NCBI GenBank assembly: GCA_036497345.1
Contig: DASXJP010000193.1
Location: 1 to 51,813, forward strand
Direction of reading: 5' to 3'
DNA length: 51,813 bases
From: Thermoanaerobaculia bacterium
Lineage (GTDB): Bacteria; Acidobacteriota; Thermoanaerobaculia; Multivoradales; UBA5704
Positions 16,733-25,641 of the stretch are shown here, one piece after another. The position numbers and the translations under genes are program-made. Position 1 is the stretch's first letter. Every line of letters begins with the position of its first letter. Under the pieces are notes generated by a model that worked only from the letters and a program-made list of their open reading frames with translations, ran no database searches and was not told the DNA's origin.

Positions 16733-17887
16733 ATGCCGACTTTGGTGGTGGAAGACGTTGTCCGCGAGCGGTATCAGCGGGGGGCCCAGGAGCGCGTGGC
16801 CGATCTCTGCTGCCCGGTCGACTACGATCCGCGATATCTCGCGGTCATTCCGGAAGAGGTGCTGGAACGGGATTATGGTTGCGGCGATCCCAGCCGCTAT
16901 CTGCGGGAAGGGGAAACCGTCCTCGATCTCGGCAGCGGCACCGGCAAGATCTGCTTCATCGCGGCCCAGGTGGTGGGGCCGGCCGGCCGCGTGATCGGGG
17001 TCGACATGACGGCCGAGATGCTGGAGGTGGCGCGCCGCAACGCCCCTGTGGTGGCCGGGCGGCTGGGTTTCGCCAACGTCGAGCTCCGCCGCGGCCGCAT
17101 CCAGGACCTGGCGCTCGACCTCGACCTGCTCGACGAGGCGCTGGCGCGCGAGCCGGTGACCAGCGCCGAGGGGCTGCTGCGCGCCGCCGCCCTCGCCGAC
17201 GAGCTCCGCCGCGCCCGGCCGCTGGTCGCCGACGCCTCGGTGGACGTGGTGGTCTCCAACTGCGTCCTCAACCTGGTGGACGGCCGCGAGAAGGGGCGCC
17301 TGTTCCAGGAGATCCACCGCGTGCTGCGCCCCGGCGGCCGAGCGGTGATCTCGGACATCGTCAGCGACGAGCCGGTGCCCGAGGAGCTGCAGCGGGACCC
17401 CGAGCTGTGGAGCGGCTGCATCTCCGGCGCGCTGACCGAGAGCGGCTTCCTCGCGGCCTTCGAGGAGGCCGGCTTCTACGGCATCCGCATCCTCGAGCGC
17501 CAGGAAGCGCCCTGGCGCACCGTCGCCGGCATCGAATTCCGCTCGCTCTCGGTCGAGGCCTTCAAGGGCAAGGAAGGCGTCTGCCTGGAGCGCCGTCAGG
17601 CGGTGATCTACAAGGGGCCGTTCCGCGAGGTGCTCGACGACGACAATCACCGCATGCGGCGCGGCGAGCGCTACGCCGTCTGCGACAAGACCTACCGCCT
17701 CTACCAGCGCGAGCCCTATCGCGCGTCGTTCGAATTCGTCGCGCCGCTGGAGGAGGTGCCGCTCGCGGAGGCGCAGCCGTTCGACTGCTCGCGCACCGCC
17801 CTGCGCCACCCGCGGGAAACCAAGGGTCAGGACTACCAGATCACCACGGAGGCCGAGGCATGCTGCGCGCCGGGAAAATGCTGCTGA
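16733..17887 (+). CDS. arsM: Arsenite S-adenosylmethionine methyltransferase ArsM-like
   Basis: 384 aa. SAM fold VLDLGSGTG. The four ArsM-type Cys contexts are present (DLCCP, YGCGDP, SNCVLNL, WSGCISGA). Cys-rich tail ACCAPGKCC. Confidence 0.85.
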   Translation: MPTLVVEDVVRERYQRGAQERVADLCCPVDYDPRYLAVIPEEVLERDYGCGDPSRYLREGETVLDLGSGTGKICFIAAQVVGPAGRVIGVDMTAEMLEVARRNAPVVAGRLGFANVELRRGRIQDLALDLDLLDEALAREPVTSAEGLLRAAALADELRRARPLVADASVDVVVSNCVLNLVDGREKGRLFQEIHRVLRPGGRAVISDIVSDEPVPEELQRDPELWSGCISGALTESGFLAAFEEAGFYGIRILERQEAPWRTVAGIEFRSLSVEAFKGKEGVCLERRQAVIYKGPFREVLDDDNHRMRRGERYAVCDKTYRLYQREPYRASFEFVAPLEEVPLAEAQPFDCSRTALRHPRETKGQDYQITTEAEACCAPGKCC

Positions 17888-18732
17888 CCGCGGGCCTGGG
17901 CCTGCTCGCCGCGACGATCGCCATCCAGGGCGCCGCCTCCCCCGCGGCGCTGCGGGTCAACGGCTCGACCACCGTCAACCCGGTGGTGGTCGAGGCCGCG
18001 GAGATCCTGCGCCGGGAGCGCGGCCTGGCCATCCAGGTCGACACCCAGGGGGGGAGCTCAGGGGGGATGGCCGCGCTGGGCGAGGGGCGGACCGAGGTGG
18101 CCATGGTCTCGCGCCCGCTGATCGACGAGGACCGCGCCCACTTCCCCAAGGCCCGCTTCCAGGCCGCCCGCATCGGCCTGGACGGGGTCGCGCTGGTGGT
18201 CTCGCGCGACGTCTGGCAGGGGGGTGTCCGCACCCTGACCAAGGTCCAGATCAGTGGGCTCTACGAAGGCAGGATCAAGAATTGGAAGGAGATCGGCGGG
18301 CCGAATCGGCGGGTCGTCTTCTTCAACAAGGAGGCCGGCCGCGGCACCTGGGAGGTCTTCGCGCGCTGGCTCTACGGCGATCCCAAGGCGGCCCCGCTGG
18401 TCAACCTGCCCGAGGTGGGGTCCAACGAGGAGGGGCGAAGCAAGGTCACGGCGACCCCGGGCTCGATCTCCCAGCTCTCCGCCGCCTGGGCGGACGGCCA
18501 GCACGTCTTCGCCGTGGGCATCCGGGATGACGGCGGCAAGGTGATCTCCCCCACGCCGGCCGCCATCCTCGACGGCGGCTACCCCTTGAGCCGGCCGCTT
18601 ATCCTGGTCACCAACGGCCCTCCGCAGGGAGCGGCGAAGGCCCTCATCGACCTGCTGCTGAGCCCGCGCGGCCAGGCGCTGATGCGCAAGAACGGCTACG
18701 AGCCCATCGCCGGCGGAGGGCCGGCCCGGTGA
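17860..18732 (+). CDS. PstS-family (PhoT-type) phosphate/oxyanion ABC transporter substrate-binding protein
   Basis: ATG at 17860 (alternative at 17878), with a signal peptide. VNGSTTVNP...QGGSSGGMAAL...VAMVSRPL. Overlaps the arsM 3' end. Confidence 0.8.
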   Translation: MLRAGKMLLTAGLGLLAATIAIQGAASPAALRVNGSTTVNPVVVEAAEILRRERGLAIQVDTQGGSSGGMAALGEGRTEVAMVSRPLIDEDRAHFPKARFQAARIGLDGVALVVSRDVWQGGVRTLTKVQISGLYEGRIKNWKEIGGPNRRVVFFNKEAGRGTWEVFARWLYGDPKAAPLVNLPEVGSNEEGRSKVTATPGSISQLSAAWADGQHVFAVGIRDDGGKVISPTPAAILDGGYPLSRPLILVTNGPPQGAAKALIDLLLSPRGQALMRKNGYEPIAGGGPAR

Positions 18733-19631
18733 GGGTCGGCGGCCGCCCGCTGGAGCTGACGCGGATTGTGAGCCTCGGCTTCACGGCCCTGGCGGCGGCC
18801 GCCTTCCTCGGCATGCTGGCGCTGTTCGCCGCCGGCAGCGCGCCGCTCTGGCGCCAGCCGGGGGCCGCCGGCTTCTTCGGCATCCGGTGGTTCTTCCGCG
18901 TCCACCAGTTCGGCTTCCTGCCGATGATCTACGGCACCCTCGCCGTCTCCGCCGTGGCCCTGGCGGTGGCGGCGCCGCTCGGGATCGGCACCGCCTTCTT
19001 CACCGCCGAGGTCCTGCCGCGTCGGGCCCGGCTGGCGGTCAAGGCGGGGGTCGAGCTGCTCGCCGGCATCCCCTCGGTGGTCTACGGCCTCCTGGGCGTC
19101 CTCCTGCTGCGGGACTTCGTGGTCCGGCTGATCGCCCGCTGGGAGCCGTTGAGCGGGGACACCCTGTTGACAGGGGGCCTGCTGCTGGCGGTAATGATCC
19201 TGCCCACCGTGATGACGCTGGCCGATGACGCCCTCTCCGGAGTCCCCGCCGGCCAGCGGCTGGCGGCCCGGGCGCTCGGCCTCACCCGGGCCGAGACGGC
19301 CCTGCGGGTGGCCACGCGCCAGGCCTTCCCCGGCCTCGTCTCCGCCGTGCTCCTCGGCCTCGGCCGGGCGCTCGGGGAGACGATCGCCGTCTTCCTGGTG
19401 ATCGGCCGGCAGGACAACCAATGGCCGCAGCGGCTGCTCGCCTTCGAGCCGCTCACCACCGCCGGCCAGACCCTCACCACCAAGCTCGGCGGCTCCGAGA
19501 CGTTCATCTCCTACGGCGACCCCGTGCACTGGGGGGCGCTCATGGGGCTGGCCCTCGTCCTCTTCGCCGTGGTGGCGGCGGTGAGCCTGGCGGGCGCCCG
19601 GCTGACCACCTGGAGGGGGCGCCGTGCGTAG
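18729..19631 (+). CDS. pstC: PstC-like ABC transporter permease
   Basis: 300 aa, multi-TM, with an EAA-like loop AARALGLTRAETALRV. GTG start overlaps the upstream stop. Confidence 0.85.
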   Translation: MRVGGRPLELTRIVSLGFTALAAAAFLGMLALFAAGSAPLWRQPGAAGFFGIRWFFRVHQFGFLPMIYGTLAVSAVALAVAAPLGIGTAFFTAEVLPRRARLAVKAGVELLAGIPSVVYGLLGVLLLRDFVVRLIARWEPLSGDTLLTGGLLLAVMILPTVMTLADDALSGVPAGQRLAARALGLTRAETALRVATRQAFPGLVSAVLLGLGRALGETIAVFLVIGRQDNQWPQRLLAFEPLTTAGQTLTTKLGGSETFISYGDPVHWGALMGLALVLFAVVAAVSLAGARLTTWRGRRA

Positions 19632-20478
19632 AGGGCTCGACCGCGTTTTTGTTTTTCTGGCCGGGGCCTGCGCCGCCGCCGTCTGCGCCCTGCTGCTGGG
19701 GATCGCCGGCGCCATCGTCTGGCGCGGCCTGGCGGTGCTCGACTGGCGGTTCGTCACCCGCCTGGCGGCGGGGAGCGGCGGCTCCGGAGGCGTCTTCTAC
19801 GAGATCCTCGGCACCCTTATCCTGGTCGCCGCCGCTCTCCTGGTGAGCGCCCCCCTGGCCACCGGCGTGGCGCTGACGGAGGCGGTCTATCTCGATTCCC
19901 GACCCCGCGCCGGCCGCTGGCTGCTCTCCGCCCTCTACGCGGCCAATTCCATCCCCTCGGTCCTCCTCGGCATCGCCGGGCTGATCGTCTTCAGCCGCTG
20001 GCTCGGCTGGGGCAAGTCGTGGCTGGCCGGCGGCATCCTGCTCGGCCTGATGATCCTCCCCACGGTGAGCGTCGCCCTCATCGAGCGCTTGCGCAGCCTG
20101 CCGCGCAAGTACGTGGAGGCCGCCACCGGCCTCGGCCTCTCGCGCTCGCAGGTGGTCCGCTCGGTGCTGCTCCGCCAGAGCCTGAGCGGCCTCGTCTCGG
20201 GGCTCCTGCTGGGGCTCGCCCGTGCCGCGGGGGAGACGGCGCCCATCCTCTTCGCCGCCGCGGTGTTCTCGGGGGCCGGCCTGCCGGCGGGCATCCGCGA
20301 CAGCCCGGTGGTCGCCCTCCCCTACCACATCTTCGTCCTCGCCCAGGACTCGCTCGACCCGGCGGTCCAGGACCACCTCTGGGGGGCCGCCGCCGTGCTG
20401 CTGGGGCTCGTCTTCGCCCTCAGCCTGCTGGCGCTGCCGGTCCGCCTGCGCATCCACGAGGAGGCGAAGCATGCTTGA
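19624..20478 (+). CDS. pstA: PstA-like ABC transporter permease
   Basis: 284 aa, multi-TM, with an EAA-like loop EAATGLGLSRSQVV. Confidence 0.85.
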   Translation: MRRGLDRVFVFLAGACAAAVCALLLGIAGAIVWRGLAVLDWRFVTRLAAGSGGSGGVFYEILGTLILVAAALLVSAPLATGVALTEAVYLDSRPRAGRWLLSALYAANSIPSVLLGIAGLIVFSRWLGWGKSWLAGGILLGLMILPTVSVALIERLRSLPRKYVEAATGLGLSRSQVVRSVLLRQSLSGLVSGLLLGLARAAGETAPILFAAAVFSGAGLPAGIRDSPVVALPYHIFVLAQDSLDPAVQDHLWGAAAVLLGLVFALSLLALPVRLRIHEEAKHA

Positions 20479-21280
20479 CGCGCTCTCCACCGAGGCCCTG
20501 GCGCCGGAGCCGGCCGAGCCCATTCTGGAGACCCGGGGGCTCACCGTCGCCGCCGGCCGGCGCACCCTCCTGCGGTCGATCGGCCTGCGGATCGAGCCTG
20601 GCCGGGTGCTCGGCATCCTAGGGGCCTCGGGGGTCGGCAAGACGACCCTGCTGCGCTGCCTCAACCGGCTGACCGACCTGACCCCGCAGCTCGCCGTGTC
20701 GGGGGAGGTCCTGCTGCACGGACGCCCGATCCACGGCCGGGACGTGGACGCCGACGCCCTGCGCGCGCGCATCGGCATGCTGTTCCAGCAGCCGGTGGTC
20801 TTCCCCGGCAGCATCGCCGACAACGTGATGTTCGGCGTCCGCCACACCGGCCGCCTCCCCCGGCGCGCCTGGCCGGAGCGGATCGAGCGGGCGCTGCGCG
20901 AGGCGGCGCTCTGGGAGGAGGTCCGCCACCGCCTCAGGGAGCCGGCGGCGAGCCTCTCGGCGGGGCAGCAGCAGCGCCTCTGCCTGGCCCGCACGCTGGC
21001 GGGGGAGCCCGAGGTCCTTCTCCTCGACGAGCCCACCAGCGCGCTCGACGCCGGCTCCACGGCGGCGATCGAGGAGCTGATCCTCCGCCTGCGCGAGCGG
21101 CACGCCATCGTCCTCGTCACCCACGGCCTGCGGCAGGCCCGCCGCGTGGCGGACTCCCTCGTCTACCTCGCCCCCCGCGACGGCGCGGGGGAGGTCGTCG
21201 AGAGCGGCCCCTGCCAGGACCTCTTCACCCGGCCCCGCTCTCCGGAGCTGGCCCGCTATCTCTCCCGGGAGCCCGCATGA
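20471..21280 (+). CDS. pstB: PstB-like phosphate-import ATP-binding protein
   Basis: ATG at 20471 gives 269 aa. Walker A GASGVGKTT, signature LSAGQQQRL, Walker B LLLDEPTSALD. Confidence 0.9.
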   Translation: MLDALSTEALAPEPAEPILETRGLTVAAGRRTLLRSIGLRIEPGRVLGILGASGVGKTTLLRCLNRLTDLTPQLAVSGEVLLHGRPIHGRDVDADALRARIGMLFQQPVVFPGSIADNVMFGVRHTGRLPRRAWPERIERALREAALWEEVRHRLREPAASLSAGQQQRLCLARTLAGEPEVLLLDEPTSALDAGSTAAIEELILRLRERHAIVLVTHGLRQARRVADSLVYLAPRDGAGEVVESGPCQDLFTRPRSPELARYLSREPA

Positions 21281-22152
21281 CCGCCGCTGAGACAACCGCC
21301 CCGGAGGTCGCCCTCCGATCGCTCGACACCCTCTGGTTCCAGGTGGGGGGCACGGTGTGCAACCTGGCCTGCGCCCACTGCTTCGTCTCCTGCTCGCCCA
21401 CCAACCACACCCACGAGATGATGCCCCTCGCCCAGGTGCGGCGCTATCTGGAGGAGGCGGCGCGGCTGGGGGTGCGCGAGTATTACTTCACCGGCGGCGA
21501 GCCGTTCCTCAACCCCGAGATGGAGGCGATCCTCGCCGCCACTCTTGAGGTCGGGCCGGCCACGGTGCTGACCAACGGCCTGCTGCTCGACCCCGGCCGC
21601 TGCGCCCGCCTCAAGGCGCTGGCGGACGCCTCCGACTATTCGCTCGACTTCCGGGTCTCGCTCGACGGCTGGGACGCGGCCAGCAACGACCCCATCCGCG
21701 GCGCGGGGACCTTCGAGAAGATCCTCGCCGGCATCCGCAATCTCCACGCGGCCGGGCTCAACCCCGTGATCACGGTGACCGAGGTCTGCGAGGGGGCGGC
21801 CGGCGACGCCGGCAAGAAGCTCTTCTTCACCCTGCTGCGGTCGCTGGGGATCGAGCGCCCGCGCCTCAAGATCCTCCCCGTCTTCCGCATCGGCGCCGAG
21901 GCCGAGCGCGGCGGCGCCTACGAGAGCTGGCAGCGGCTGCGGGAAGGAGAGGTACCCGACGGCGGCTGGGATCATCTGCAGTGCAGCTCCTGCCGGATGG
22001 TGACCGACCAGGGGGTCTGGGTCTGCCCCATCCTGGTCAACGAGCCGGCGGCGAAGATGGGCGAAGCCCTCGCCGACACCCTGGGCGGCTTCCCCCTGGA
22101 GCACCCGGCCTGCTGGACCTGCCACGTCTACGGCGTGAGCTGCCGGACCTGA
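21277..22152 (+). CDS. arsS: Radical SAM / Cys-rich-domain protein, ArsS-like (arsenosugar biosynthesis family)
   Basis: 291 aa. CNLACAHC radical SAM motif and a Cys-rich C-terminus (CSSC...CP...CWTC...C). ATGA overlap with pstB. Confidence 0.78.
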   Translation: MTAAETTAPEVALRSLDTLWFQVGGTVCNLACAHCFVSCSPTNHTHEMMPLAQVRRYLEEAARLGVREYYFTGGEPFLNPEMEAILAATLEVGPATVLTNGLLLDPGRCARLKALADASDYSLDFRVSLDGWDAASNDPIRGAGTFEKILAGIRNLHAAGLNPVITVTEVCEGAAGDAGKKLFFTLLRSLGIERPRLKILPVFRIGAEAERGGAYESWQRLREGEVPDGGWDHLQCSSCRMVTDQGVWVCPILVNEPAAKMGEALADTLGGFPLEHPACWTCHVYGVSCRT

Positions 22153-22164
22153 GGCGGACGACCG

Positions 22165-23139
22165 ATGTCCTCCAAGCTCACCGTCCACCGCGGCCTGGCC
22201 ACCTGGGGGGAGAAGCTCGTCCCCCTCTCCGCCTTCCGCGAGGCCGCGGCCCGGAAAGGCCTGCGGCTCCCACGGGAAGATAGAGAATCCGCCGTGCTCA
22301 CCTACACGGCCGGCCTGGACGACCCCACGCCGGTCGAGGGCCCGTATTCGCGCATCGCCGTCTTCGGCGGCGTCTACAGCAATCACCTCGCCCTGCTGGA
22401 GCTGCTGGAGGACGCCGCCCGCCGGGGCGCCGAGGCGGTCTACTGTCTGGGCGATCTGGGAGCCTTCGGTCCCAATCCCGAGAAGGTCCGGCCGCTGCTG
22501 GCGCAAGGCCAAGTGCTCGCCATCCAGGGGAACTACGAGGAGTCGCTCGCCGCGGGCCGCGAGGACTGCAACTGCGGCTACACCGATCCGCGCGACAACC
22601 ACTTCGCGGAGATCTCCTACCGCTACACCGAGCGGAATTGCTCCCCCGGATTCAAGGCCTGGATGGGCACCCTACCCCGGCGCCGCCGCGTGCGGGTGGG
22701 GGAGCGCGAGCTGCTGCTCGTCCACGGCTCGCCGCGCCGGATCAACGAGTTCCTCTTCCACAGCACCTCGCCGGTGCCGTTCCTGGAGGTGCTGCTGGAG
22801 CAGAGCCGCTGCGACGGTATCCTAGCCACCCACACCGGGCTCCACTGGCACCGCCGCCTCCCCTCGGGGCGGGACGTGGTCAACGTGGGCGTGATCGGCC
22901 GGCCAGCCAACGACGGCCGGACGAACGTCTGGTACGCGATGCTGGAGGCGCGAGACGATGTACGAGGAAACCGGTTGAAGGTCGAGCTGGTGCCGCTCGC
23001 CTACGACCACCTGGGACTGGCGGCCGAGATGCGGTCCGAGGGGTTGCCCGAGGAGTTCGTCGAAACCGTCCTGACCGGTTGGTGGACTACCTGTCTGGAG
23101 ATCCTGCCCGCCCGCGAGCGGGCCGCTTCATGCTTCTGA
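22165..23139 (+). CDS. Metallophosphoesterase family protein
   Basis: 324 aa. Calcineurin-like motifs VFGGVYSN, GDLGAFGP, QGNYEE, LVHGSPR, ATHTGLH. Confidence 0.75.
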   Translation: MSSKLTVHRGLATWGEKLVPLSAFREAAARKGLRLPREDRESAVLTYTAGLDDPTPVEGPYSRIAVFGGVYSNHLALLELLEDAARRGAEAVYCLGDLGAFGPNPEKVRPLLAQGQVLAIQGNYEESLAAGREDCNCGYTDPRDNHFAEISYRYTERNCSPGFKAWMGTLPRRRRVRVGERELLLVHGSPRRINEFLFHSTSPVPFLEVLLEQSRCDGILATHTGLHWHRRLPSGRDVVNVGVIGRPANDGRTNVWYAMLEARDDVRGNRLKVELVPLAYDHLGLAAEMRSEGLPEEFVETVLTGWWTTCLEILPARERAASCF

Positions 23140-23157
23140 CCCAGGGAGGATCGAGAG

Positions 23158-24363
23158 ATGTCCGACGCCAAGCCTCATATCGCCATCCTCGGGGCCGGTC
23201 CGACCGGCCTCGAAGCCGCTCTCGCCGCCGTGGAGGCGGGCCATCCGTTCACGGTCTACGAAGCCTCGCCTTCGGTGGCGGGCAACGTCCGCGCCTGGGG
23301 TCACGTCCGGCTGTTCACGCCGTGGAAAATGAACGTCTCCCCGCGCATGCGGCGCCACCTGGAGGCGGCCGGCCGCGAGGTCCCGGGCGGCTCCGAATGC
23401 CCCACCGGGCACGACCTCGCCGGGAAGGTCCTGGAGCCGCTGGCGGCTCTGCCGGAGATCGCGCCCCACCTGCGGCTGGGCACCCGTGTGCTGAGCATCG
23501 GCCGCCAGGGGCTGCTGAAGCACGAGGAGATCGCCACCCCCGAGCGCGGCCGGCACCCCTTCCGCCTGCTCCTCGCCGATGGCGCCGGCCGGGAATGGAC
23601 CGAGACGGTGGACCTCGTCATCGACGCCACCGGCACCTGGGGGAGCCCCAATACGCTGGGGGACGCCGGCATCCCCGCTCCCGGCGAGCGTTCCTTCGCG
23701 GGGGAGATCCGGCGCGACATCCCCGACCTCTCGGCGGAGAAAGAGGGTTGGGCGGGCAAAGCCATCCTTCTCGCCGGCGCCGGCCACTCGGCGCAGACCG
23801 CCGTCCGCGCTCTCGCCGAGCTGGCGAAGGAGGCGCCGGGGACGCGGGTGATCTGGGCCCTGCGCAATCCCGAGCCCTCCTGGGGCACTCATGAGGGAGA
23901 CCCTCTTCCCGATCGCGCATCTCTCGCCGCCTCCGCCGTGGATCTGGCCGGCGGCGCCTCGCCCGCCGTCGAGGCCCGGCGCGGCGCGGTGGTCGAGGAG
24001 ATCGCGAAGCCCAACGGCCGCTTCGAGGTCACCCTGCGCAACGGCGCGGGCCCCGAGACGATCGAGGTCGACCGCATCCTCTCGCTGACCGGCGCGGTGG
24101 GCGACCACAGCCTCTACCGCCAGCTCCAGGTCCACGAGTGCTACGCCACCTGCGGTCCGATCAAGCTCTCGGCGGCCCTCCTGGGCGCCGGCAGCTCCGA
24201 CTGCCTGGCCCAGACCACCCACGGCGCGGACACCCTCACCAACCCGGAGCCGGGCTTCTTCATCCTCGGCGCCAAGTCCTATGGGAGGAACAACACCTTC
24301 CTGATGCGGGTGGGGTGGGAGCAGGTGGGGGAGGTGTTCGGGATGTTGGCTGTGCCGGACTGA
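23158..24363 (+). CDS. FAD/NAD(P)-binding flavoprotein oxidoreductase (two-dinucleotide-fold)
   Basis: 401 aa. ILGAGPTG and LAGAGHSA Rossmann motifs, and IDATG. Confidence 0.7.
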   Translation: MSDAKPHIAILGAGPTGLEAALAAVEAGHPFTVYEASPSVAGNVRAWGHVRLFTPWKMNVSPRMRRHLEAAGREVPGGSECPTGHDLAGKVLEPLAALPEIAPHLRLGTRVLSIGRQGLLKHEEIATPERGRHPFRLLLADGAGREWTETVDLVIDATGTWGSPNTLGDAGIPAPGERSFAGEIRRDIPDLSAEKEGWAGKAILLAGAGHSAQTAVRALAELAKEAPGTRVIWALRNPEPSWGTHEGDPLPDRASLAASAVDLAGGASPAVEARRGAVVEEIAKPNGRFEVTLRNGAGPETIEVDRILSLTGAVGDHSLYRQLQVHECYATCGPIKLSAALLGAGSSDCLAQTTHGADTLTNPEPGFFILGAKSYGRNNTFLMRVGWEQVGEVFGMLAVPD

Positions 24364-24386
24364 CCCTCAGCTATGACACAATGGTG

Positions 24387-24413
24387 GGACCGGCGGGAGA
24401 GCTAAGCCGGTCC
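24387..24413 (+). promoter_or_regulatory. 8-bp hairpin abutting the ATPase start codon
   Basis: ggaccggc-(11 nt)-gccggtcc. It ends 4 nt before the ATG at 24418 and 24 nt after the upstream stop. No T-run. Confidence 0.35.
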
Positions 24414-24417
24414 TACC

Positions 24418-25641
24418 ATGCGCGATTCGGCCTTTCTCACCCGGGTTCTGCTGGAGAACTATAAGAGTATTGCGCGTTGCGATGTCTCTTTGTCTCCTTT
24501 GACCTTCCTTGTCGGTCCGAACGGTTCAGGGAAGAGCAACTTCCTCGATGTTCTCCGCTTCGTTGCCGATGCCCTGAGGACAGCGTTGGATCACGCGATC
24601 CGTGACCGGGGCGGAATCAAGGAAGTCCGCCGCCGGTCCAGCACACATCCGCCGACCTATTTCGGAATCCGGCTCGAATTTGCGCTGCCGACGGGCCAAA
24701 GAGGGTTCTATTCATTTCGGATTGGAGCCTTACGCGCGGCCGGCTATGAGGTCCAGCGGGAAGAATGTCTAGTTTCGGCGAAAACGGCACTAGAACAGGA
24801 CGCTCACTACCAAGTAGATCGAGGGGAGGTAGTGTCGAGAAGCGTATCCGTTTCTCCTGTAGCTTCAAAGGATCGACTCTATCTAGTCAGTGCATCTGGG
24901 CTGCCGGAATTCCGGCCAGTGTTCGAGTTCTTCTCAAATATGGGATTCTATAATCTCAACCCGGACGAGATCCGCGATCTCCAGCCACCGGACGTGGGAG
25001 AGATCCTGTCTCGAGAGGGAAACAATATCGCAAGCGTCCTCGGGCAACTTTCAGCGCACAATCCGGCAGCAAAGGAGCGAATCGAGGAGTACCTCGGCAA
25101 GGTCGTCTCGGGAATCCAGACGGTGGACGCAAGGTCAATTGGCTCGAAAGAGACTCTTGAGTTTAGGCAGCACATTGAGGGATCTCAGCATCCCTGGAGA
25201 TTCCTTGCTTCCAGCATGTCGGACGGGACCTTGAGGGCTGTCGGTATTCTTGTCGCACTTTTCCAATCATCCAATGGACAGCGGACCCGGGTACCCCTAG
25301 TGGGAATCGAAGAGCCTGAGGTTGCTCTTCATCCTGCAGCGGCCGGCGTCCTCTTGGATGCGCTTATGGATGCTAGCCGACACACGCAGGTCCTCGTCAC
25401 CAGCCACAGCCCTGAGCTGTTGGATGATTATCGAATTTCGGCAGATTCGATCTTGGCAGTAGTGGCCAAACGGGGAATCACCAGTATCGCTTCGTTGGAC
25501 GAGGTCGGAAGGTCGGTTCTCCGCGATCGCCTGTATACTCCTGGGGAGTTGCTGAAGCTCAATCAGCTCAAGCCGGATCCTGCCGAGTTAGATCGGCTCA
25601 TCAACAATCAGATGAATCTCTTCAAAAAGAACCTCGCCTGA
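24418..25641 (+). CDS. RecF/SMC-like ABC-type ATPase (AAA_15/AAA_21-like, OLD/AriA-like)
   Basis: 407 aa. Walker A GPNGSGKSN, signature-like SMSDGTLR, Walker B/D-loop LVGIEEPEVALHP, H-loop VTSHSP. Lower GC than the flanks. Confidence 0.85.
   Translation: MRDSAFLTRVLLENYKSIARCDVSLSPLTFLVGPNGSGKSNFLDVLRFVADALRTALDHAIRDRGGIKEVRRRSSTHPPTYFGIRLEFALPTGQRGFYSFRIGALRAAGYEVQREECLVSAKTALEQDAHYQVDRGEVVSRSVSVSPVASKDRLYLVSASGLPEFRPVFEFFSNMGFYNLNPDEIRDLQPPDVGEILSREGNNIASVLGQLSAHNPAAKERIEEYLGKVVSGIQTVDARSIGSKETLEFRQHIEGSQHPWRFLASSMSDGTLRAVGILVALFQSSNGQRTRVPLVGIEEPEVALHPAAAGVLLDALMDASRHTQVLVTSHSPELLDDYRISADSILAVVAKRGITSIASLDEVGRSVLRDRLYTPGELLKLNQLKPDPAELDRLINNQMNLFKKNLA

Noticed and set aside
17885-17887. 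Possible selenocysteine read-through of the ArsM TGA. Family members can be selenoproteins, and the tail is Cys-rich.
   Set aside because: Reading through gives a long Arg/Pro/Trp-rich extension out of frame with the obvious PstS-like gene. The tail already ends in CC like the non-Sec homologues, and I see no SECIS-like hairpin immediately downstream.
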